A stretch of DNA of 44,580 nt from a virus (IMGVR_UViG_3300022562_000051:1-44580), one strand, 5' to 3'; shown: positions 14,036 through 22,269, counted from the first letter of the stretch. The notes: a model not told the origin generated them from the letters alone. Numbers and translations: made by a program.

Positions 14036-14064
14036 TTGACACCAAGGCTAATCCCTGCTATACT
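14036..14064 (+). promoter_or_regulatory. Sigma70-type early promoter
   Basis: TTGACA-N17-TATACT, preceded by AATTAGAC. Confidence 0.8.
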
Positions 14065-14105
14065 TATAGCGTCCATTTTGTAATTAATCCAAGTGAGGAT
14101 TGTAT

Positions 14106-14582
14106 ATGTCTAAGACAACCAAGTATTTCGACCTGTTCTCGGCTCTCAAGGCTGGTGGCGACAAGGGCGTGACTCCCGAAGCACTGGCTAAGAGCCTGAG
14201 TTTCACAACGGGTGCGCTCGCGGTCTACATTCACGCGCTGCGTCACAAGTTCGGCGCACAGATTGAGTCCGTGCGCAATGGTCGCACCGTAACCCTGTAT
14301 CGTCTGGTCAACATTGCGGAAATGGAAGCGGTGATCACACCGAATCGCAAGCCGCGCACGACCAAGGCGAAGGCTGCTGCAACCAAGACCAAGGCGAAGG
14401 CTACCAAGGCTACTCGCGTTACCAAGACGGTCAAGACCAAGAAGATCAAAGCTGCTCCGAAGGTCAAGGCTAAGGCTAAGAACGAGGATGGTCCGGTTGA
14501 GGTTCTCGACGCAGACCTCGACATTGCCGAGATTACTGATCGCGAACTGGATGACATTCGCTCGCAGTTGGGTATCGCCTAA
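14106..14582 (+). CDS. Winged-HTH DNA-binding protein with histone-H1-like Lys/Ala/Thr tract
   Basis: TPEALAKSL...AVYIHALRHKFGAQIESVRNG..Y.L; KAKAAATKTKAKATK repeats; acidic C-terminus. Confidence 0.65.
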   Translation: MSKTTKYFDLFSALKAGGDKGVTPEALAKSLSFTTGALAVYIHALRHKFGAQIESVRNGRTVTLYRLVNIAEMEAVITPNRKPRTTKAKAAATKTKAKATKATRVTKTVKTKKIKAAPKVKAKAKNEDGPVEVLDADLDIAEITDRELDDIRSQLGIA

Positions 14583-14806
14583 TGGACGCAGCAACCGCAT
14601 TCTCTGGCGCATTCGGCGCAGTCTTCGCGCTCGCATTGATCGCACTGGCGGCAGCATTCTACTTGCTGCCTGCCATTGTCGCCTATAAGCGCAATCATCA
14701 CAACCGACTGGCAATCCTGCTCCTGAATATCTTGGGCGGCTGGTCATTCATTGGCTGGCTGATTTCCATGGTTTGGGCGTGTACTGCGGTTAAGAAGGAA
14801 GTATGA
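14582..14806 (+). CDS. imm: Superinfection immunity protein (T4 Imm family)
   Basis: YLLPAIVAYKRNHHNRLAILLLNILGGWSFIGWLISMVWA. Confidence 0.9.
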   Translation: MDAATAFSGAFGAVFALALIALAAAFYLLPAIVAYKRNHHNRLAILLLNILGGWSFIGWLISMVWACTAVKKEV

Positions 14807-15105
14807 CCGACTCTGCAAAACTCCTGTTGCGTAATCTGATTCAATCGAATCACGAAAAGAATCGTGGGTATCAGGCAGCATTGCGTGAAATCTACGAAAT
14901 GGAGAATCAGAATCGTCGGCTGCACTGGCTGATTCGTAATGGTCCGAAGGTATTCGGCACGTTGTGGACAGAAGCCTCTATTGAGGATATTGACACAGCC
15001 ATGCGTACACCGGAATGGTGTGAGCATCAGTGGATTTTCAACGGACGATTCGGCAAGAAAGACAATTACAAGTGTCTGTTCTGTGGTAAGGAAGAGGACC
15101 GCTGA
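14803..15105 (+). CDS. Hypothetical protein with C-terminal Cys/His knuckle
   Basis: CEHQW...YKCLFCG. Confidence 0.6.
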   Translation: MTDSAKLLLRNLIQSNHEKNRGYQAALREIYEMENQNRRLHWLIRNGPKVFGTLWTEASIEDIDTAMRTPEWCEHQWIFNGRFGKKDNYKCLFCGKEEDR

Positions 15106-15110
15106 TCTTA

Positions 15111-15278
15111 ATGGATCAGAGTAATATCCATTTAATCAAGCTTCCAAACCGCGATGATCTTTTGATCAAAGCGGCTTGGTTGCATGAGCATGGATACTAT
15201 ACGCACTTGACAATCCATCAAGTAGTTGATATGCTAGAGAAGCAACTAGACACTGCCAATACGGAGCCTAAACGTTGA
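15111..15278 (+). CDS. Small hypothetical protein (55 aa, below ORF-track cutoff)
   Basis: MDQSNIHLIKLPNRDDLLIKAAWLHEHGY...; fills gap and overlaps next TTG. Confidence 0.5.
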   Translation: MDQSNIHLIKLPNRDDLLIKAAWLHEHGYYTHLTIHQVVDMLEKQLDTANTEPKR

Positions 15279-15805
15279 ACATCTTCTATCTGGCGCGTGA
15301 CCCTGCTACGGCTGCGCGTTACCATTGCGATAAGCACGTTGTAAAAATGATCGTGGAGTCAGCACAGCTACTCTCCACAGCACACCGTGTACTCGACGGC
15401 GACGAGAAGGGCAAGCTGCCCGATGCTCGCGATGCCGTCCTCTATCGTGCGACACACAAGAATCATCCATCCGCAATCTGGACTCGCAGCAATGTGGATC
15501 ACTATCGGTGGGTGCATGACCTTTTGTATTACCTGATATGGGAATACAAGAGCCGCTACGGACTGGACAAGCATCACAAGTGTCAGGACTTGCAACCGTA
15601 TCTGCTTGACGCACCACACAATATTCAATTCACTGAATGGCAAGACCCGCCACAGTGTATGCCCGAAGACGTTCAACAGAAAGACCCCGTTCAGGCTTAC
15701 AGGGACTACTACGCTAAATACAAAAGCGATTTCGCGCTTTGGCGTTGGGGCGACACGCCGGGATGGTGGGATGAAACGGTTCAGAGATTTCCTAAAAGAA
15801 AATAG
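15275..15805 (+). CDS. Pyrimidine-dimer DNA glycosylase / endonuclease V-like protein
   Basis: MNIFYL...DKHVVKMIVESAQLLSTAH...THKNHPSAIW...PPQCMP. Confidence 0.8.
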   Translation: MNIFYLARDPATAARYHCDKHVVKMIVESAQLLSTAHRVLDGDEKGKLPDARDAVLYRATHKNHPSAIWTRSNVDHYRWVHDLLYYLIWEYKSRYGLDKHHKCQDLQPYLLDAPHNIQFTEWQDPPQCMPEDVQQKDPVQAYRDYYAKYKSDFALWRWGDTPGWWDETVQRFPKRK

Positions 15806-16358
15806 CTTGCATGTCTTCGACATAGATGACACGCTATTTCACCATCCAGCCAAGATAAGAGTCATGAAGGGTCACAAGGAAGTGGCTCGACTCTCTTCGG
15901 CTGAGTACGCAGCGCATAAGCTGCCCGATGGACACCGGTACGACTACTCCGAGTTCCGGTCAGCGCAGCACTTTCACGACACGGCTGAACCTATCAAGCC
16001 GATGATCAATAAACTCAAGAGGCTGCACAAGAATCCTAATAATAAGATCATCATGAACACCGCAAGGGGTGACATGGATGATCGCGATAAGTTCCTCGAC
16101 AAGTTCCGCAAGCATGGCATTGACATAGATCGCATACATATTCATAGGGCAGGCGACATGGAGTTGCCGGGACCAGAAGCCAAGGCAGAGATTACGCACA
16201 AGCAACTACGCAAGGGCAGCTTTAAGTCAGTTCATATGTACGATGACCACAAAGATAACCTAAATAGTTTCATGAAGCTCAAAGACAGACACCCCGATAC
16301 CAAGTTCGTAGCGTATCATGTCAATAACGGAAAGACCAAGAAACATGAAGAGAATTAA
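15771..16358 (+). CDS. HAD-superfamily phosphatase with T4-type capsid-targeting-like N-terminus
   Basis: MKRFRDFLKE; FDIDDTL, NTARG, K, MYDDHKDN; late promoter CTAAATA at 15714. Confidence 0.75.
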   Translation: MKRFRDFLKENSLHVFDIDDTLFHHPAKIRVMKGHKEVARLSSAEYAAHKLPDGHRYDYSEFRSAQHFHDTAEPIKPMINKLKRLHKNPNNKIIMNTARGDMDDRDKFLDKFRKHGIDIDRIHIHRAGDMELPGPEAKAEITHKQLRKGSFKSVHMYDDHKDNLNSFMKLKDRHPDTKFVAYHVNNGKTKKHEEN

Positions 16359-16360
16359 TT

Positions 16361-16720
16361 ATGCCCACATATGAGTTTCGGAATAGAAAGACTGGTAAGG
16401 TAGAAGAACACGTTCTAAGAATGTCAGAGTATGATCAGTTCAAGGCTGACCATCCTGAACTAGAAAGAGTAGTATTATCAGCACCTTTAGTAAGCAGACT
16501 ATCAAGTGGCGCAACAGGCACAGTAACAGATATCGCAGCCAAGAAAGATGGCGGCTGGAAAGAAGTCTTACAGAAGATCGGCAGAGCAAATCCAATTAGC
16601 GAGGTAGGAGAAAAGTTTCACCGCAAGGGCATTAAAGAAATCAAGACTAGCCAAGTAATTGATAAGCATGTCAAGAAGCAAGAAAAGCAACGTGCAGAAC
16701 GTGCAGCAAGAGCAAAATAG
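16361..16720 (+). CDS. FmdB-like putative regulatory protein
   Basis: MPTYEFRNRKTG...GWKEVLQKI, typical upstream neighbour of phoH in T4-like phages. Confidence 0.65.
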   Translation: MPTYEFRNRKTGKVEEHVLRMSEYDQFKADHPELERVVLSAPLVSRLSSGATGTVTDIAAKKDGGWKEVLQKIGRANPISEVGEKFHRKGIKEIKTSQVIDKHVKKQEKQRAERAARAK

Positions 16721-16748
16721 ATTAGACATTGTATTCAGTGATGGTCGC

Positions 16749-16785
16749 GGGGGCAGGCACTCTCAATGGGTGCCTGCCCCTTTTC
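16749..16785 (+). terminator. Intrinsic terminator-like hairpin
   Basis: GGGGCAGGCACTC-TCAAT-GGGTGCCTGCCCC-TTTT. Confidence 0.7.
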
Positions 16786-16809
16786 ATTTCCACAACGAAA
16801 GGGATTCCC

Positions 16810-17490
16810 ATGTCCAAAAAGAACAAGCAACCACAACACTTCTCTCTTCGCCATGTAAAGCCATTGACCGTCAATCAACAAAATACCTTTGAAGCATGGT
16901 ACCAAGGACAAAACCTGTTGCTTCATGGGGTTGCTGGAACAGGTAAAACATTCATATCACTATATCTCGCATTAGAGGAGATTTTACGAAGCAGTCAATA
17001 CAACAAGGTAGTCATCATTCGCTCAGTGGTACCTAGCCGAGACATGGGATTCCTTCCCGGTAACGCTAAGGAAAAGGCAAAGGTATTCGAAGACCCGTAC
17101 AAGGAAATCTGCGACGATCTGTTTGCGAGAGGCGATGGCTACGAAGTCCTCAAGATGAAGCGCATGGTAGACTTCATGACTACCTCGCATCTACGTGGTA
17201 TGACATTCCGTGATTCCATCGTGATCGTGGACGAGTGTCAGAACATGATCATGCAGGAGTTGGATACGGTCATTACTCGCATGGGTGAGAACAGCCGCAT
17301 CATCTTCTCTGGCGACTTCCGGCAGACTGATCTACAGCGGGACAAGGAACGAGCAGGGCTGCATTCATTTATGAACATCTTATCCGATTTATCTTGTTTC
17401 GATAAGATCGAATTTGGCGTGGAAGATATCGTCAGATCGGGGCTGGTCAAGGAATATATTATATCCAAATTAGAGTTAGGATATGTCTAA
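16810..17490 (+). CDS. phoH: PhoH-family ATPase
   Basis: GVAGTGKT, MGFLPG, LRGMTF, VDECQN, TRMGENS, GDFRQTD, DIVRSGLVK. Confidence 0.95.
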   Translation: MSKKNKQPQHFSLRHVKPLTVNQQNTFEAWYQGQNLLLHGVAGTGKTFISLYLALEEILRSSQYNKVVIIRSVVPSRDMGFLPGNAKEKAKVFEDPYKEICDDLFARGDGYEVLKMKRMVDFMTTSHLRGMTFRDSIVIVDECQNMIMQELDTVITRMGENSRIIFSGDFRQTDLQRDKERAGLHSFMNILSDLSCFDKIEFGVEDIVRSGLVKEYIISKLELGYV

Positions 17491-17508
17491 AATAATTTGG
17501 AATTAGAC

Positions 17509-17537
17509 TTGACAGGACTGCTGGTGGCGTGTATAAT
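17509..17537 (+). promoter_or_regulatory. Consensus sigma70 promoter
   Basis: TTGACA-N17-TATAAT, preceded by AATTAGAC. Confidence 0.85.
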
Positions 17538-17595
17538 GAGCGTGTAGCGATTGAAGATATAGTTTTAAATATATCTTAAAGGTATTAAAGAAAAC

Positions 17596-18261
17596 GTGTT
17601 TAACCATATTCGTCATGAGTTCCCGTCTTTGCTGACAGAAACAGTGGATGGGGGCAGAATCTATAATACGCCAGATGGTAATCGGTATCCATCCGTCACC
17701 ACAGTCCTTCAAGCTTACAGTGCCAAGGGTATTGCTGAGTGGCGTAAACGTGTGGGTGAGGCAACGGCTAACAGAATAAGCCGTACTGCTACAGATCGTG
17801 GCACATCCGTTCACAACGCAATTGAAAAATATCTCAAGAACGAATCCCTGTCGAATGTGGTAATGATGCCACACGCGAAGGCTGTCTACGTTCACATGAA
17901 GAAAGTGCTGGACGATCACGTTGATAACATTCACTGCCTTGAGACTCAGTTGTGGTCAGATGAATTGCGATTAGCTGGACAGGTTGACTGCATTGCTGAA
18001 TATGACGGTAAGCTGACTGTCATAGACTTCAAGACCAGTAAGAGGCTTAAGAAGAAAGAACAGATTGCTAACTATTTCATGCAGTTGTCAGCCTATTCGG
18101 TGATGTTCACTGAACGTACTGGTCTAATGGTCGAAGATGGGCGCATTATCATTGGTGTGGATGACTGCGCGTTTGCTCAAATCATGAGAGTCAATCCTTA
18201 TGATTACTTGGGCAACCTAAAAGAATATATCCATAAATACGAGAGCAGAGTGGCAGCGTGA
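17596..18261 (+). CDS. PD-(D/E)xK exonuclease
   Basis: YPSVTTVL, RGTSVH, AGQVDCIA, IDFKTS, QLSAY. Confidence 0.85.
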   Translation: MFNHIRHEFPSLLTETVDGGRIYNTPDGNRYPSVTTVLQAYSAKGIAEWRKRVGEATANRISRTATDRGTSVHNAIEKYLKNESLSNVVMMPHAKAVYVHMKKVLDDHVDNIHCLETQLWSDELRLAGQVDCIAEYDGKLTVIDFKTSKRLKKKEQIANYFMQLSAYSVMFTERTGLMVEDGRIIIGVDDCAFAQIMRVNPYDYLGNLKEYIHKYESRVAA

Positions 18262-18338
18262 AATTACTATTTTACGTTCTGATCTTTCTTGTTCTTGTTG
18301 CTCTCTGGTGGATTTCATTTCCAGACGAGGGAGAATAA
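18258..18338 (+). CDS. 26-aa membrane peptide
   Basis: MKLLFYVLIFLVLVALWWISFPDEGE; follows CATAAATA at 18232. Confidence 0.4.
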   Translation: MKLLFYVLIFLVLVALWWISFPDEGE

Positions 18339-18342
18339 TCAG

Positions 18343-18573
18343 ATGGATGCACAAACAGTAGTTGGTGGCGTTGCTGCCGTTGTCGCACTAGCAGGCTTTG
18401 GCTGGTTCGTATGGACTAAGATCAAGGCTTCGAAGGAAGACGATAATTCCGGCTCCGGTGGCGGGGGCGGGGGCGGCGGCGGGGTTGAACCTATCGTAGA
18501 AAACACTCCGAAGGGTAAGAAGAAGGTCGCCGTCCGCAAGAAGGCAGTCGCCAACAAGAAGAAGGGCAAGTAA
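18343..18573 (+). CDS. Small membrane protein with Gly run and basic tail
   Basis: RBS GAGGGAG; TM then SGSGGGGGGGGGVEP and KKK tail. Confidence 0.65.
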   Translation: MDAQTVVGGVAAVVALAGFGWFVWTKIKASKEDDNSGSGGGGGGGGGVEPIVENTPKGKKKVAVRKKAVANKKKGK

Positions 18574-18575
18574 TC

Positions 18576-19253
18576 ATGGACATGCAGACTGTTATTTCTG
18601 GTTTTATCGGCGGCTCTGTCCTTCTAGGATTCGGGGCGTTCCTTTGGTATAAGGTGAAACAGTCGAAGAAGCAGGATGTAAGCGGCGAGGGTGGTGTTGA
18701 ACCACCTGACCCGCTTGATCCTCTTGCTGAGAAGTCCAAGACGTTTGCTAACGTTACGGATTTCATCGGCAAGCTGTTCAACAATCCACGATCAATTCGC
18801 TGGATCATTGTTGGCGCACTGGCTATCTTTATTGCGTTGCTGTCCGTCAAGTCACGCGGCGAAGAACTATACTTCGATGCGGGTTCAGCCGTTGTGCGGG
18901 GCTATGCGCCGACACTTGGCTTGAACATTGCGTGGAAGGAAGCGGGACCAGTTAATACGGATTATGAGTTGGGATTCAAACTGATTGGACAGTCCGAATA
19001 TCGGGATGTTCATCAGTCAAATCAATTCGTGATTCATGGTATGCTGGTAGACGGCTACAAGAACTTCGAAATGGGCATGGGATTCGCATACTTCAATGTA
19101 CCTAGCGATTATGCCTGCCAAGAGACATTTACTATTCTGACTCGCTGGCGTTTCACACCGAGAATACATGCTCAGTATCAGCACTATTCATCCGGTGGAT
19201 CGTGTAAGCCTAACGTCGGCAGAGACTTGTTTACTTTGGGGTGGAGATTCTAA
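18576..19253 (+). CDS. PagL-like (lipid A 3-O-deacylase family) outer-membrane beta-barrel with N-terminal membrane extension
   Basis: QYQHYSSGG...PNVGRDLFTLGWRF resembles PagL H-x-S...PN-x-G and a terminal-Phe beta-signal. Confidence 0.6.
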   Translation: MDMQTVISGFIGGSVLLGFGAFLWYKVKQSKKQDVSGEGGVEPPDPLDPLAEKSKTFANVTDFIGKLFNNPRSIRWIIVGALAIFIALLSVKSRGEELYFDAGSAVVRGYAPTLGLNIAWKEAGPVNTDYELGFKLIGQSEYRDVHQSNQFVIHGMLVDGYKNFEMGMGFAYFNVPSDYACQETFTILTRWRFTPRIHAQYQHYSSGGSCKPNVGRDLFTLGWRF

Positions 19254-19709
19254 ATGAGCGAAGCTAATACTGATTCATTCACAATCAACACAACGGAAGG
19301 CACCGTGTTGACTGAGGGTGGCATTAATTCACTGAATCCTAAGATGAATCCTGAAAATCCGCCATGGACATTTCGTGGGCGTTGCGTCAGAGTTGTAGAC
19401 GGCGACACTTACGACATTCTCTGTGATTGTGGATTCTCCATTTATCATAAGATTCGCGTCAGACTTCGCGGTGTGGATACTCCCGAAGTTTATGGCAAGA
19501 ATGCTAGCGAGGAAGGCAGGGTAGCTTCGAAGGTGGTGTACGACACTATCTTTGATAAGGAAGTTCTGATCTATACTTACAAGAATGCACCGTCAACGTT
19601 CAATCGTTGGGAAGCGGACGTATTCTTCAAGGACGAGGGCGGCAACATAATAAACCTAGCCAAATTCCTTGCACTGAATGGTTATGCAACGTTGTGGGAA
19701 CCAAAATAG
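19254..19709 (+). CDS. Thermonuclease (SNase-like)
   Basis: RVVDGDT, RVRLRGVDTPE, LALNGYA. Confidence 0.85.
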   Translation: MSEANTDSFTINTTEGTVLTEGGINSLNPKMNPENPPWTFRGRCVRVVDGDTYDILCDCGFSIYHKIRVRLRGVDTPEVYGKNASEEGRVASKVVYDTIFDKEVLIYTYKNAPSTFNRWEADVFFKDEGGNIINLAKFLALNGYATLWEPK

Positions 19710-19719
19710 GAGACACAAG

Positions 19720-19845
19720 ATGTTGTTCGACATTCTATTAGCAGTAGTCGGTGTTATCATCGGCTGGCATTTCCCACAGCCGCTTTGGGCAAAGGCAGCT
19801 TGGGCAGCAATCACGGCTTGGATTCAAAAGATTCGTGATCGGTAA
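19720..19845 (+). CDS. 41-aa membrane peptide
   Basis: RBS AGGAG; MLFDILLAVVGVIIGWHFPQPLWAKAAWAAITAWIQKIRDR. Confidence 0.6.
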   Translation: MLFDILLAVVGVIIGWHFPQPLWAKAAWAAITAWIQKIRDR

Positions 19846-19849
19846 GTTT

Positions 19850-20158
19850 TATTGTGGTATGAGGTAAAGCGAAGGCGTTTCGGACGCGGGTGCGAATCCC
19901 GCCTGCTCCACCACGAAAGACTCTCACTCCTAGATGCGCAGAAGTTGAGTTCTTACTGCGATACACGGAGAGCAAAACTCTGAGAGTCTTTCGTAATGGG
20001 GCAGAAATAGATTCGACGGGATGAGATAGCGGCACGGACCACAGGATAGGCGACTAACCTAATTAGCGCAAAACGAGTAAAGGCAAACGAAGATACCTTT
20101 CATGAGATGGCACTAGCTGCCTGATCGGAGTTTGACCCACTTGGCAACAGGACGGGTC
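19850..20158 (+). ncRNA. ssrA: Two-piece (circularly permuted) tmRNA; tag (A)NEDTFHEMALAA; outer ends approximate
   Basis: Acceptor piece GCGGG-TGCGAAT-CCCGC-CTGCTCC-A-CCA ends 19913; hairpin spacer; coding piece starts GGGGCAGAAATAGATTCGAC at 19998 (G3:U70); tag ORF 20083-20124 ends LAA-stop. Confidence 0.92.
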
Positions 20159-20190
20159 TGGTGAGGGGAGCAATCCCCTCGCCATTTTTG
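20159..20190 (+). terminator. Intrinsic terminator after tmRNA
   Basis: TGGTGAGGGGA-GCAA-TCCCCTCGCCA-TTTTT. Confidence 0.85.
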
Positions 20191-20214
20191 TCGCCCTACA
20201 TGGAGATTACTAAC

Positions 20215-20760
20215 ATGCGACGACTGATGATTATTGTGATGATGATGCTGTTCAGTTTTAATGCAAAGGCAGAAGTAGATATTATTCCTCTTGAGTTGCT
20301 AGAAGACTTAATCACTTCGATTGATATTCCAGCACCGATACCACTGCCGGTAGACGAGAAAGAGCAGGAATGTCTGGCTAAGAACATTTACTTCGAAGCT
20401 CGCAATGAGCCATATGAAGGCAAGCTTGCAGTAGCTACGGTCACGCGCAATCGTGTGGAATCCGAAAGGTATCCAGACACGTATTGTGATGTTGTGTGGC
20501 AAATTACCAAGCGTAAGGACAATGGCAAGAAAGTTGCTCAGTTCTCATGGACGCTCGACGGCAAGCCTGACAACCCATACAACTTAGAACTATATCAGGA
20601 AGCTTTAAGAATAGCGGAAGAAGTCTTGCGTTACGGCAAAAAGTCTGATATAATTGGAGACATGGTGTACCATTACCATGCTGTCTATGTACAGCCGAAG
20701 TGGTCGCGATACATGAAAAAGGTTACTAGAATTGGTAATCATATCTTTTATAGAAGTTAA
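20215..20760 (+). CDS. Cell wall hydrolase (SleB / Hydrolase_2)
   Basis: Signal peptide; CLAKNIYFEARNE, VATVTRNRV, QFSW, HYHAVYVQPKW, IGNHIFY. Confidence 0.9.
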   Translation: MRRLMIIVMMMLFSFNAKAEVDIIPLELLEDLITSIDIPAPIPLPVDEKEQECLAKNIYFEARNEPYEGKLAVATVTRNRVESERYPDTYCDVVWQITKRKDNGKKVAQFSWTLDGKPDNPYNLELYQEALRIAEEVLRYGKKSDIIGDMVYHYHAVYVQPKWSRYMKKVTRIGNHIFYRS

Positions 20761-20771
20761 AGGGACACAAT

Positions 20772-21797
20772 ATGTTTGGTGACAATGATACTAAGCTGGA
20801 TTATGCGGATGTACTACTGGTGCCGAGAGAATCGGACTTGTCCAGCAGATCACAAATTGATCTAACCGTAGATCACTTTGAGATTCCTGTGGTACCTATC
20901 ATTGCCGCAAACATGGATGGTGTGGGTACATTTGCCATGGCAAAGTCGCTAGCTAAATATCAGCTAATGACCGCACTGGTAAAACACTATTCACTGGAAG
21001 AACTCCTAGACTTCTATGCGCAAGAAGAGCATTCCAAATACGCTATCTACAGTATGGGTACTGGTGACGGAGATTGGGATAAGTTTGTCTCTTTTGATCG
21101 CGCTTGTACTGATAGCGACATTCATCACCCCATTGCTGTTTGTGTTGATGTTGCTAACGGGTACACGGCTCATTTGGAGCGGTTTCTTGCAAGGCTTAGA
21201 GAGGATTACCCCGACTACATCCTCATGGTCGGAAACGTTGTCACACCAGAACGTACAGAAAAGCTCATTGACCTCGGAGCAGATATCGTCAAGATTGGAG
21301 TCGGTCCCGGCTCAGTCTGCACCACAAGAAAAATGACGGGTGTGGGCTATCCACAATTCTCAGCAGTCCTAGAATGTGCCGCAGCAGCCGACGCCGCTGG
21401 CGGTGCTATCTGTGCGGACGGTGGTATCACCTGTCCCGGTGACGCAGCGAAAGCCTTCGCAGCCGGTGCGAAGTACATCATGGCTGGTGGATTGTTTGCT
21501 GGTCATGAGGAAGGATTGCCGATTGATGCGCCTAGTGATATTCAACGTGTCTTCTTCTATGGCATGGCATCCAAGGAAGCACAGGACAAGCATAATGGTG
21601 GAGTCGCGGACTATCGTGCAAGCGAAGGCAAGTTCGTAGCTGTTCCATATCGTGGTCCGGTTGAGTCCACTGTCAAGGAACTGTTGGGTGGATTGCGTTC
21701 AGCCTGTACTTACATTGGTGCGGAGTCGGTTGAAGATATGCATCGTCGCGCTAAATTTGTAAAGGTCTATCGTCAACTTAACAATGTGTTCATGTGA
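20772..21797 (+). CDS. guaC: GMP reductase
   Basis: PIIAANMDGVGTF, DVANGY, KIGVGPGSVCTTR, ADGG, FYGMAS, YRASEGK, GGLRSACTY. Confidence 0.95.
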   Translation: MFGDNDTKLDYADVLLVPRESDLSSRSQIDLTVDHFEIPVVPIIAANMDGVGTFAMAKSLAKYQLMTALVKHYSLEELLDFYAQEEHSKYAIYSMGTGDGDWDKFVSFDRACTDSDIHHPIAVCVDVANGYTAHLERFLARLREDYPDYILMVGNVVTPERTEKLIDLGADIVKIGVGPGSVCTTRKMTGVGYPQFSAVLECAAAADAAGGAICADGGITCPGDAAKAFAAGAKYIMAGGLFAGHEEGLPIDAPSDIQRVFFYGMASKEAQDKHNGGVADYRASEGKFVAVPYRGPVESTVKELLGGLRSACTYIGAESVEDMHRRAKFVKVYRQLNNVFM

Positions 21798-22018
21798 TGC
21801 CTACTCGCGAAGAAAGGGACGAATTCTCAATTCTGATCCTCAAACGTGCCTCGCACTTGAGGACGGATCATATTGATGCTATTGTCACTTACTGTGACGA
21901 GATAGGGCTGGAAATGGAAGTGGCAGCAACCCTGATCAATGAAGAGTTGAAAGCACGTATTGAAGAGGAAGCGGAAGAACTGAGGATCATACCAAAGACT
22001 GGAAGGCTACCGTTATGA
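21797..22018 (+). CDS. Late-promoter transcription coactivator, T4 gp33-like
   Basis: IDAIVTYCDEIGLEME.AA.LI...LKARIEEEA; synteny with gp59 and gp32. Confidence 0.8.
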   Translation: MPTREERDEFSILILKRASHLRTDHIDAIVTYCDEIGLEMEVAATLINEELKARIEEEAEELRIIPKTGRLPL

Positions 22019-22269
22019 GTAATGAATTAACAGCGAAATATCAAAACCTATTGCAGCAGACTCTCAATCTATTCGAAGAGTTCGGTGTGCGCGAAGGTGT
22101 GGGCAAGGATGGCATCCTCATGAAGAATATTCGTGAGACATTGACTACAGGTTCCGTTAGCACATTCATCAGTCCTACTCGTCCAACTGGTTGCCCACTA
22201 TGTGGCGCACCCTCACTGTTGGATTGTGACTGTGATCCGGCTGAACAAATGGCGGCAATGCAACAATGA
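22015..22269 (+). CDS. Hypothetical protein with Cys cluster
   Basis: CPLCG...CDC. Confidence 0.55.
   Translation: MSNELTAKYQNLLQQTLNLFEEFGVREGVGKDGILMKNIRETLTTGSVSTFISPTRPTGCPLCGAPSLLDCDCDPAEQMAAMQQ

Noticed and set aside
18448-18484. G-rich run as a G-quadruplex or contingency locus
   Set aside because: Explained by an in-frame poly-Gly linker with mixed GGC/GGG/GGT codons
20161-20214. GTG-start N-terminal extension of SleB
   Set aside because: It overlaps the tmRNA terminator; RBS and signal peptide fit ATG 20215
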